Shown here piece by piece: positions 24,688 through 36,525 of a DNA stretch of 64,000 nucleotides. Below the pieces are notes generated by a model that saw only the letters and a program-made list of their open reading frames with translations, was not told where the DNA came from and made no database searches. Source of the stretch: Anthoceros angustus (taxonomy: Eukaryota > Plantae > Anthocerotophyta); the NCBI GenBank assembly GCA_010909165.1, contig MU008200.1:248001-312000 (forward strand). Reading direction: 5' to 3'. The stretch's first letter is position 1. Every line of letters begins with the position of its first letter. The position numbers and the translations under genes were made by a program.

Positions 24688-25321
24688 AGTAACTCGGCCA
24701 CCTTACTCATCCAGCCATTTTGTTGCGTTAGTGACTGCTTCAAACTGCTCAGCTCGAGCCTTGCTTTTCACATACCACAGTTTTATTTGCCGTACCCACT
24801 ACAAGTATGAGGGATGCATCACATAGCTTTCAAACCCTTCGGGATACTTTAAATTCATAGCCATGGATTTTAGTTGCACTTTGAGACCATCATACAACAT
24901 GCTTTGTTTTGCGCTGGTTCAAATCATGTGAAATAGTGTTGTTTCCAGGTTTGCCCATGTGCTAGATGTGCGTGAAGATGTCACATAATTATTGGTTGCT
25001 TACAGGCCATATTGATTTCTTGTCGTAAAAGTAAGATGACATCATTGCCAACATATTACACTAATTGGAAATATGTGTAGAGAAAGATGACATCATGGCC
25101 AATATAGTTCACTGATTGGGAATGCAACCAGCAAATTATGAAATTTAAAGTGGTGGTAGATATAAATTTGATTTCAAACAACCTTGAATATGGTATTTTG
25201 TAGCTTCTAGGTATATACATTAGGTTGTATAAGTGCTCTATTAAGTCAATCATTGGACTATGAGCATATAAGATATAGGAAAATCATGTAGGGGCTCATG
25301 TTGTGAAGATGGCATCATCTA

Positions 25322-28300
25322 TTAAGTAGAAGACATTTGAAAACCACAACAAAACAAGTTCCTTATCCATGCAACAAATACAGCTTTTGAATAAGGTGGA
25401 CAAATCATTGTTTTTGTTACAATTTTGTGATGCTCCTCACATAGTTCAGTGTTCTTTTGTGCACTAATGCATGCTGATGCACAATTTTTCACATACTCTT
25501 TCAACTGTTTTTGTCCTATTGAAATATCTTTACGCAACTGCTCCAAACTTATTATAAGTTCATTAAGAGATGGTCTTTTCAAGGGATCCCTTTCCAAAAT
25601 AAAATGTAAGAAGTCTAGGATAGGTTGAGAATTTTCCACCTTTGCAGCCTTTTCAAAAGTAATAAGGTCCTACAATGCAAAATGTGTATTGCATGCAACA
25701 TATGTTGTTACTATTAAGATTTTGACATAGACATTAAAGCTCAACAATATAATACCTTAATCTTTACACTTACTTCTGATGACATTGTTACATGTACAAA
25801 GAAGTGTGTCCAATCTGTATCATACAATAAATACTCTCCTGTTAAGAGCTCATAAAGCAAACATCCTAGGCCCCAGATGTCCACTTTCTTGGCTAAATCT
25901 TGTTGCAATATAAGCTCATTTACTTGTGAATTAGAGTTCATTAACTTGAGCATTTCAGGGCTTCTTACATACTCAGTTCCACGATTACGAAAGGTACAAT
26001 TTCCACCTTGGTTTACTAATATCTATTATTCCATGACACACATTTCTTATAAGCTAATGAATCATAGAATATCTTATGTGACATGTTTACCTACTAAGAA
26101 AGACATTAGCCTGGAGAATATATGTATATTAATAACTATATAATAACATGTATCATCTACTTACTTTATCTATGAAGTATCTCTTTTGTAGAGAAGTTTA
26201 ATGTAATCTTAAAGAGCAAAGAAAGAAAGTATACTTGAAAGAAAATATATCCACCAAGTCAAAACTCTTAGAACAAACCTTGCTTTGACCAAAGTCTGCC
26301 AAACATACTTTAAAAGGTAAGCTATGCAAACAATGTGTTGATGACCATATTGGGTTCCAAAAGTCCTCTTCAAAAACCAAACTCTCTATGGGCTCAAGCA
26401 ATATGTTATCACACTTCAAGTCATGGTGAACAATATTTTGAATTTCCAAAGTTTTCACCTAAACACACAACATTTTTTATATTTTATATTAATTATATTA
26501 ATTATATTAATTATATAAAAAAATTAAAACTAAATTTTAATTAAAAATTCTGTTACCGCATTTAAAATTGCAGCAAAGATTTCCAAATATATTGGAAGCC
26601 TATCTCCAAATTTCATTTGTATTAGACGATGTTTTTTGTCTCCACCTTGATTGGTATGTTGTTTGTAAGCATCCTTCATATGATGCTCACGCCAAGCTTT
26701 AAGACTACACTTGTATTTTTTAAGAACAAGAATATAATTATCACAATCAACTCCGTAATCCAACATTTGGCATATACTTGGTTCCCCTCGAAATCTTGAA
26801 AGCATTTGCACCTCTGTATAAACATCAAAAAAATTGCATATATCAAGGGGTCCCTTAGGCAAATCCATAGTCTTGAGCACAACTGTTTCTTGTCTGCTAA
26901 CATTTTTTTCACTTACAATATGTGAAGCTGTATAAATCTGAAAGTGGAAAGAAAAGCCATATCAACTTAGTCTTTCCTCACACCTATATACTCATACATT
27001 TGCAAATATGATCTGTGGTGATAAAATTCTCACTTGCGCAAAAGCACCACGAGCAATAAGTTGCCGAGAGTCATATAGGTCTAGATTTGACATCTTTGTA
27101 CATGTCAACTTCAAGATTTGGTATGCTGACTTTTTATAGTCCTTCATCCTTGTAGTCAGTATGGTCAACAAGTCTGAATTTCTTGGATGATTGAGGTCTA
27201 TGATATTTGAGGAGCGTAACTTTCTAAAAACGAAATAAACCACATAGTTTTCTCAAAAGTAAGAGTAAATAATTTTGTTACCATCATTGAAAGCATGAGC
27301 AATTATTCACAAGGATACGATATGATAAGAAAAAAGGTACATTTAACTTGCCATGTTCCACTGGAAACCTATCAGTGTAGTATATCTTTAATGTGTCACT
27401 GCAAACCCTCTCAAAAGTTAGCATATTAGCGTCATTTGCACTTGTGTTTCTGGTTATTGTTATCATAGTTTTAGTACAAGCATAAAACATTATGGTACAA
27501 GGATAGGTTACATACTGCGAAGTAAGCATCAGTGATATAACTAGTTCTAGAACAACAACATGTAGACCATGATGGCGATATATTCTTTTCTTAGCCCTCT
27601 CACACTCATATGAGCATGCCGTGGCTATGGAAATTGTGTTACAAGTTTCCTATTCAAAATGGTTTTTGATGAAGCTTATTAACAATGTATGTGTTCAGAT
27701 GCATGCAATTTTATTTCTTGTTTGTAAAACTAGCTAATGATTATAGTAGTAGGGAACAAGCATCTCTTTACATTATTTTGTCTTAAGGAGTTAAGTAGAT
27801 TCAATTTGGGTATTATGGGTCGAACTCCATCACCTATCAACCATATGGATCCAACAAGATGTGTTTTTTTATAATTATTACAATTATTTTTACCATGATA
27901 TATGTCTTGTACATCATCCCTAGTTTTTGAATTAGTGTAGGCTTTTGCATGATCTCTCTATTAGCTTCTTCATTCAAATTACAAAACCTACCAGCATATG
28001 AAACCTTCCCCACTAACTCCGATATTTGAAAATTTCTTTTCTCCTTCAAAAACTGATTTGTTGAATGTCCTGAATTCAACTCCTTAATTGTAATTTGTTC
28101 AATTCCTTTAGCTCTAAACAAAGGGTCCAAAATTTGATTATCATCTTCTACATCAATTTTTGTCTTTGCGGGTTGATATAATTTAGCATTGTATAACTTG
28201 TTTTGAACATATTGATATATTAAGATTCCCTTTTTAATAATTTTCTGATAAATCTTTGATGCTCCTGATTTTCTTGCAGCATGATATTTATTAAGGGAAC

Positions 28301-31300
28301 CAGCAAGATTACATTCAAATAGCTGTAACATTGGTTTAACAAAATGTTCTCCTTGACACTTACTGTGGTTCCTTGGAACTAGATGATTGTGTCTTTTGTA
28401 TACAGAAAAAATAGCATCTTTCATTTTCTTTTTCACATTGTAGTCCAATTTTTCCAAAGTCATTTTCCTAGACAAATACTTAACAGTTTGAGATCTTGAA
28501 AAACAATACAAGTGGGATAAAGTCTTTTGACCACGATCATATGCCTTGGCTTTTGACGTTTGAATGGTCTTAGCTCCTTCCAAAACACATTCATTGCATG
28601 TACTATGTACATCAATTTTATGCTTTGAATTGCTATTACTTTTTGAAAGGTGATTATTGTATTGATCTACTTTTCTTTCTGTATATTCAAGATTTATGTT
28701 TGGATCTAATTTTGATTTTATAGAAACTACTTTAGAAGCTTCATACTCCAAACTTATTTCTTTAATAAGAAACTCCATAGCTCCAATTTTTTGAAATTGG
28801 TTACTTATTTCCTCTGTTTGATTCTGTGCAAGTGCTAAGAGCACACTCCCATATATTTTACATAGATCTGAAATTTCGTCCTCCTTGAGACATGTCGATA
28901 TGTCATTGGCAATCATAGAAAGTGTTGAATTGTTTGATATGGACGTTTTCCTTATATAACCCCATTGATTTGCTGCACAAGTGGGTTCTACACATGATTT
29001 TATATCTTTGGCATTAATAATTGAGCCGTCGGTTAGAAATTTTGATTGCAATTGTTCCTCAAGGCAAACATCTTTAATGTATAATTGTTGAAAGCAAACA
29101 AAAATTTGATCTATGAACGGATTGAGGTATGTGCTTATAAAAAATGGAATTTTGTCAACCGTTTCACTTTCAGTGCCGTAACTTTGGTTTGAGGCAGTAG
29201 AAATATTTATGCTAAAGATGTCTATAAGAAGACGCATGCACTGTTTTTGCACATGTAAGAACGAGCCACGAAGGAATGAAGTTGAGGCACAATATTTGCA
29301 CACTACATGTGTTGTTCCTTGCAAAATAAAAGAATGATTGTTATAATTGGAGAAAATATCTACATTTTCTTCTTTCTACTTAATGTGCTATGCATATCTA
29401 TTTTCCTTGTGCTAGTTAGGGAAGATTTTATGTGCTTCAATATTAAATAAATATTTGGTAAAACAAATTGACTATATATAACTCTCTTTGTTACAAGATG
29501 AATCATGCTTACTGGATGACATGTTATTGATGCACTTGAAAGTCTCACATCCATGTGAAGCCTTCATGGAGCTACTTTCTCTATTGTATTGCATATGTGA
29601 TCGATGCAATCTGGAGGAGGTTGAGCAACAATGATTTTCATGTAGAGTGATTTTTAGTAGGTTGGAAAGATTTCTTATGGAATTCATTAGAATGCCATGC
29701 ACCGGGTCCATCATAAACTCAAATGATGTTGTAATGACGTCTGAAATTTTTACGTGCTCATTACCATGAGTAATATTCTTATGATTATCAACTCGTCTTT
29801 GTAACAAAGCAACTAGAAGTTGAAAAAACTTGAGCATTACTAGCTTCAATATTGACAAACCTTCAACTGATGTTCTTTCATTAGATGAGTTTGATTTCCT
29901 TACGTCACAAATATCACATACTAAGTGCTTCCTCAAACTTCTATGATGATTCTCAACGAGGGTTTTAAAGCAACATGGACAAGCTTCCAAAAAGGTCCAA
30001 TTTGTAAATATTTTAATGCAATTCCAATTTTGGGACTTCTCTATGATTAGTTTCCAAATAAAATCTTCAATTTCCATACGCTCATGAAGAAGCAAGTGGT
30101 TTTGATGAATAACATTGTGGGAAATAACACTTAACATTGTAAGAAGTTCTTGTATTACTAAGACTTGTGCTATGCTCCATGTACTTGGGCATCCGAGCTT
30201 TGAGAGTATATCAAATATCATAGTCACTGCACAAGTACATGTTGCAAACACACTTTTTACAGCAGCTCCTTGGTTTGGGCACAAATTCATAAAATTTGTC
30301 AAGGTTCTAAAGTGGAGTCCAATATAGATCCACATGTCTAGCTCAGTATTGTGAATTGGACCATAAGTTTTATCAATTATTGGTTCTCTAGATAACAAAT
30401 TTTTATTATGTGGCCTATGAAGAAAACTTTTAGATTTATTTTCTCTATACATTATAATCTCCATGTTTGTGTTCAAAAGTTGAAGGAAAATAGTAGAAAA
30501 GCAATACTTTGAAGTTAGTGATCCTTCATGTTTTAGCTGATGCAAAGGTGTGAAGTTTACATCGAATAACTTGTCTAACATAAATATTATTTTGTGGATC
30601 AAATGTTGACTACACATATCCGCACATACACAGTCATTGCATGAGACTGTACAAAGTTCCAACAACAAGGATTGGGCTAATACATTAGCATTTAGACTGA
30701 AAGTTGTTCCCACAATAGGGAGAATTGTCCTACCAGAAGTTGAAAGCATTGTTGCAAGTGTTGACAACACATTGAATTTTTCATAACTGTACATACAATG
30801 AGATCTTTTGCTCCCTTCGCCATGATTACTTGGAATTGGTAATGTTTGCAAATTAAATTTGGATGATAATAGTGTGTAAGCTTTTGAATATGAACATGAT
30901 AGCGGTTCACTTATACATGAAGTCTCAAATTTATCTGACATGGACAACTGAGTTTTTGTTTGCTTGTTCACATCTCCACCACTATTAAATATTTCCTTGG
31001 AAGGAATAGCATCCGTGATTTCCATATTTTGGTCCAGAGAAACATTACAAATATTACAAGCTAAGCTTCTCGTACCTTCACTAGAAGCTTTTGATGAGTG
31101 TAAATCACTAGACTTGATATGTACTAAAGAGTTCGTATGTTTACCAACTAGACTATTTAGACCGGAGGGTGATTCATGATTTATTGTTGAACTTTCGAAG
31201 GATATAGAATTGGAGCAAGGAATTGCGAACGAATAACAACAATTTAAGAGTGATGGTGTCATACTTTGAGCATGTTTCTCCTCGGGTTGCACTCTTGCAA

Positions 31301-33650
31301 TATATAAACTTTTAGACTTGTGCTTATGAGACAAATTAACAATAATGTTGTAGATCTCAATAAGCAAGTTTAGTCCTTGTGATCGCACTAAACTGGCAGC
31401 AACAATAGATGACTTTGAGGTGATCAAATACAGTAAGTTCAAAATACTTTGCATCCCAATGAGCCAACTCCTCTCATGCATTGCTAATGGAGTTGTATCA
31501 TTTTGTACACTTTGCATCCCAATGAGCCAACTTCTCTCATGCATTGCTAATGGAGTTGTATCATTTTGTACTCCTTTGACCTCCAAATCGTTATCCAAAT
31601 TGAGATTAGTATTATCAGAAGATAATAAATGACCTATTACTTTAAATAGACAAATATTTTGTCGAAGAACTTCTACTAAGGATTCTACTAGTTTTCTACT
31701 TCCGTCTCTGGGAAGAATACACACTATTTTCAAACAAGCGTTTGCAAATTCTTGGATTTTTTTAGCAGAGTTTTGACATTGTTGTTCATTATCTACATTT
31801 TTTGAATATACATGATATATAAGAGATTTTATAAAACCATAATCCACCCATGTAAGAATTTTTCTCCAATGAGCATTTTTTTTCTTGTTTCCATAGTTTG
31901 AACAAACACTTGACACCTTCCAGTTAAATAACTTGCTCAAAGTGAAGTTGAAACTTTTTTGTGGGTATATTACCCTTGATGTTGAAGTTCTCTCGGTTTG
32001 ACTCCCTAATGCCATAATATTTATTATATGGTCGTGTATGTGATGGGACAATACTTCTTTCTTCAAGGGAAATGTTGACATCACTCTACGCAAAAAGGAG
32101 TTTGAGGTATTTTTCTCCTTATATATGGGGTAGAAATTAGGCAGTGACAAGTTGGTTTCTTGGTTTTTTTTAATGCCTCTGTATAAATTTATTATGCTAG
32201 TCAAGGAATTTGTTGAACATGTAATGTTACAAAACGGATGTGCAATCGTAGGTTTCAAGATCATAGGTTTTAAGTTTATATTGATAGTCGTTAAATGATG
32301 TTCTAAATTTTCATGTGATACTTCTAACACCCTTTGTACTAGGAATTCTATGTTTCTTTGTCGAACGAGTGGATCTTGACTTTCCAATTGCAAAAGAGCA
32401 TGTCGCTCAATGGATGGCACTGCTAAAATTGGACAAAAGCACTTTGCCCTTAGTTCCCAAGATATGAATCCCATGAGATGTTCGTGTACATCATAACAAG
32501 GCTCGACTATATTCGTTAATAAATGATGGAATTGTTGCAAAGTCTCATTAGCAACAATTGCATGAGAGAACACATTATCATCAATACAGAATAGCTCGTG
32601 TAGAATACTGCCAAGTATGCCCAATTGCATATGATTCACATCACATAGGACACCACACCATAGAGTCCAAGTCAGAGGATCAACTTTTAAGCATGTTTTA
32701 TCCTTTGGAGGTAATCTTGTCTCTTGTCTACATTTTTTGTGTAAATTGCAAGAGCAGGGGTTAAATTCATTTGCTTTCAGCTGAAAATAGCCCTGGAGAT
32801 TGCTTAAAGAGGTACCTCTTGCTATCTGGATGCTACAAGCTAAAAAATCAAAATTAAGTATAGCCCAGTAAAGGGATTCACAACCTTGCCAAGCTACCAC
32901 CAAATCATACTTATCCATGAATATAATAAATGAATGCGATGTTGTAAGGTCAAGCAAATCTATCTCTTGAAGAGATACATCGATAAAACTAGGTATATTG
33001 ACTACTTGAGTCAATACTTCTTGAAAATATTTTATGGTGCCAGTTGAACCCATCATTGAAGTTAGCCTTTGAAAAGCATCTTCACTTGTTTCCCACAGAT
33101 TGGCAATCTCTTCAGTGTTGCTACTCCAACAACGCTTCATTTCACAAGCACAATGCATGTGTTTTTTCCCATTGACTTGCCTAGAATTGTAACTAAAACC
33201 TTGCACATTGGCAAGTCCACCCAATATATCCACCGTTGTAGTTTCTTGAGATCGCAACCTATATGCTAATCTTAGAACTCCATTAGTGGCTTTTATTATT
33301 CCCTCCGTTCCTTGTATTTCAATCCAAAGAACAATACATTCCAACTTTAATGTATTTAGCCAGTGCTCCATGTCCAATTTTGTCCCCACCCAAACTTTCA
33401 CAAAAGTAGGAAACTTGGAAAGATTTTTATCATTATGTAGGCTTTGAAAACACCCATTACAAGTGGATAAAGACACATCAACCAGTTGCCTTCCTTTAAT
33501 AGAACATATAAAACCATGCATAATTTGATAGGAACTGTTAATGCTTTCAGGATATAGTTGGTCGTCATAATGAACCAAATTATATGCCACCTCTTGCATA
33601 ATAAAAGATTTTGTTTCAATTGCAATATAGCAATTACAATGTAAATCCAA
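25322..33650 (-). CDS. Large multi-exon protein (about 2400 aa) with C-terminal Ser/Thr protein kinase domain; 5' end unresolved
   Basis: Exons: about 33650-29513, 29317-about 27894, about 27833-27770 (junction unresolved), 27649-27516, 27398-27319, 27197-27034, 26937-26557, 26458-26279, 26022-25774 and 25669-25322. All kinase-region junctions are GT-AG and phase-compatible. Motifs: ARGAFAQIY, VVLK, YTEV, HHDLKCDN, ADFG, RGTEYVRSPE, DIWGLGCLLYELLTG and DPLKRPS. Confidence 0.85.
31446..31571 (-). repeat. In-frame 63-bp tandem duplication in coding exon
   Basis: VQNDTTPLAMHERSWLIGMQS is encoded twice, with one synonymous difference. Confidence 0.95.
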
Positions 33651-35336
33651 TCTTTACAGCTCCCTTGTAGTAAAATACAAAAGGACTTAAAAATCCATTA
33701 TATTGTGAATTTGATGGCAAAGATATTTCTCTCTTTTAGCCATTTAAATTACAAAATATGGTCGAGGTACTCTTTTTCATTTTTATGACGGTAAAGTAGA
33801 GATACAAACTATTGTTAAAGGAAAGAGTTAAATAAAAAATATAATTGATGGATCAAAAATCTCATATATATTCTTTGTGAGATTCATTAATTCTGATTTG
33901 ACATATAGTTGTTATTCATCACATATTATGATAGAAGATAAATCCACTATACCTAATCAAATAAAAAAATAAGTACATAGAAAAATTTCTCTTTGATATA
34001 TATATTAAATTATAATAAAATAATATGAGATGAAATATGATTATAAGTTTTTTTACGTTTAAAGGAAACAAGACCAAACTCATCATATTTTAATTTTAGC
34101 TTCATAATTTTACGGTACAACGTAATCAAATCTGTACTTAGTGAAGGGTCTTACTTCTACACTTTAAATAGAAGACTTGTACATAGTATGAAATATTGAG
34201 GACAATAAAGTGGAATTATAAGATTTTTAAAAAAATGTACATGCAACAAACAAGACCTATTTTAAAGATCTTCTGAATTATTTGGTGCACCTTGTTTTTA
34301 CATTTTTTCATTAAAAATAGCCTCATATGGTATGCCTATGGATATGTAGATCACATAAACACCTACAAAGTTATAAAGTGATTCTTTTGTATTAACACAT
34401 GCCTTAAATCATTGTGCCAAATGTATTCATCTCCAAAAAACCATAGTAGAGTACTAGGCCCAAGATAATAGTAGAAAGGATCAATAAAGTCTTATCATGA
34501 TATCAAGACTTATCTCTCTTTTCCGGAAAAACTTCTTGATAACCATATCCAAGATGAAACCACACACATGTAAATGTTGGAAAGTGGTGCATCTCCACTT
34601 TCCTTTGAATAGTCTACTATGAGTCATGCACAAGTTTATATATAATGTGACAAGCATGCCCACTTTACTTTGAACACTTGATGAGTCATGTACATGTCAT
34701 GTATTATAATAAAGCCGGAAATGGTATATAACTACTTCTTCCTTCCTTCCCTTTAGCAACATAAATGTACTTAGTTTAACCATTTTCAAACATCACTCTC
34801 AATAAACTGTTGTTAATTTGATTCTTCTATTGACTTTGGTTTCTATGCTTTGTTGTTGAATATTAGAGGTCCATTAGATTTAGGGGGGTATCGCTATACT
34901 CACCAATATAAACTTTCTTATAAGAAACATCAAAAAATGTGTGTATATATAAGTCAATGAAACAACTTCAGCAAACCATTTTCACTAAATTCAAGATATA
35001 GCATTGCAAAATAGATTTGCGTACATATATAAGAGATGTGGATGCTAGAAGCTCAAAACTGCTTAAAGCATAATTCGAGATATTAGCTTTCGCCACATTC
35101 ACTTCAAGAGCTAGATTGTATTAAAAAGTGGTGAAAATTAAGATCTATCAAAGCAAAGTCATGATGATATCTTGTTATATACAGTTAAAGTATTCAGCCC
35201 TCTCTTCCATAGTTGACATATTTGTTAGAAACTCTGCTGCCTAATGGGTTATTTCTTTTCAGGCATTCAAGTCATTGGACAAAGCAAATTTGATTTTTTT
35301 AAAGTTAGGTATTTAAAATAATTTACTCCTGATTAT

Positions 35337-35745
35337 GTAGGTATCCTTGCTGGAAGAGAATAGGGTTGAAAGCACATCCTAAGAAGTGCAGCTTTGCCGT
35401 TCAGGAGATAGAGTATCTCGGGCATAAGATTGTGCCATAAGGGATCATGCCACAGCTGGCAAAGGTTCAGGCTGCGATGAAAATGCCCATGCCATGAGAT
35501 GTGGCAGCACTAAGGGCTTTCTTAGGCCTAGCCAATTACTATCGTAGGTTTATGAAGGACATGAGTGTGATCTGCAAGCCGTTGTATGATTTACTCAAGA
35601 AGGATATGGCTTGGCAGTGGGAACTGGAGCATGAAGCAGCATGGTAAGAGTTGAACGATCAACTCGCAGAAAGGCCCATGCTGGCTCGACCAGACTTTGA
35701 GAGACCATTTGTCTTACACACAGACTGAAGCATTGCAGGAATCGG
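35337..35745 (+). pseudogene. Ty3/gypsy RT-RNase H fragment
   Basis: Manual translation gives HPKKCSF...EYLGH, LRAFLGLANYYRRF and RPDFERPFVLHTD with several stops. It is related to 51230-51557. Confidence 0.9.
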
Positions 35746-35775
35746 GTACCTATATTTCCATGCTCAGGTTCATAC

Positions 35776-36036
35776 TAATGGAATATAGCTTATTTGAACA
35801 AAATGTGTTAAAACATAATAGTGATTTAAGTCACAATTAGAATTAGGTTTAGTTTTATTATTAGTTAATTAATAATCAATAACCGTCAATAACAATCAAT
35901 AACCGTTTTGTATAAGACACCTTTTTCGTGCATTAGTTGAATATCTTACAATCCCAACTTGCTTTGTCTCCCTTGCTTTCATCTTGCACGATCATCACGC
36001 ATTGCACACATGCGATCCTAGGCCACAAATTCTTTA
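35776..36036 (+). repeat. copia-2 LTR1 (TA...TA termini)
   Basis: Bounded by TSD and PBS; near-identical to LTR2 and LTR3. Confidence 0.92.
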
Positions 36037-36259
36037 TGGTATCGAGCCAATATGCTCTGCCGATGTGATTGTTTTCTTTTTAAAAGGAAGGAAAAATGCT
36101 TTAGTCCTTGCTTATCACAATGCCGTGTTGCGACAACGTGTTTTTGTTTTGTGGATTAGTCTTGAGTAGGCAGCGAACGCAATTACAAGATGTTTTTCAT
36201 GTTGGGGATATTAGTATGTGTTGTATGAATGTGGCTGCAGTGTAGATCCAAGAACGCTA

Positions 36260-36525
36260 AACAAGAAAGCAATCGAAAGCAAGCAAGCAATCGATGCGCA
36301 GAAGAACGCAAACAAGCACACCTCTAAGCAAGCAAGGAAGCAGCAATCAGCATGCAGCAGCAAGAACGCAAACAAGCACACCTCTAAGCAAGCAAGCAAG
36401 CAGCAATCGATGCGCAGAAGAACGCAAACAAGCACACCTCTAAGCAAGCAAGCAAGCAGCAATTAGCATGCAGCAGCAAGAACGCAAACTAGCACACCTC
36501 TAAGCAAGCAAGCAAGCAGCAATCA
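36260..36525 (+). repeat. Compound AAGC-rich tandem repeat in copia-2 leader (copy 1)
   Basis: About four units containing AAGAACGCAAACAAGCACACCTCTAAGCAAGCAA. Confidence 0.9.

Noticed and set aside
24830-25321. Further kinase-gene exons (e.g. a phosphatase-like tail)
   Set aside because: Only short frames with stops and a small local duplication are present; no recognisable motif.
29360-29554. Apparent frameshift between the 1392-aa and 495-aa ORFs
   Set aside because: It is explained by a 195-nt intron (donor A|GTAAGC at 29512, acceptor at 29318) that joins the frames as AGA.
33651-35330. Upstream exons of the kinase gene
   Set aside because: AT-rich with only short ORFs; no exon chain could be supported without transcripts.
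36211-36466. Repetitive ORFs (LLAC / KQAS repeats, also 43524-43842)
   Set aside because: They are translations of the AAGC microsatellite in the copia leader, not genes.
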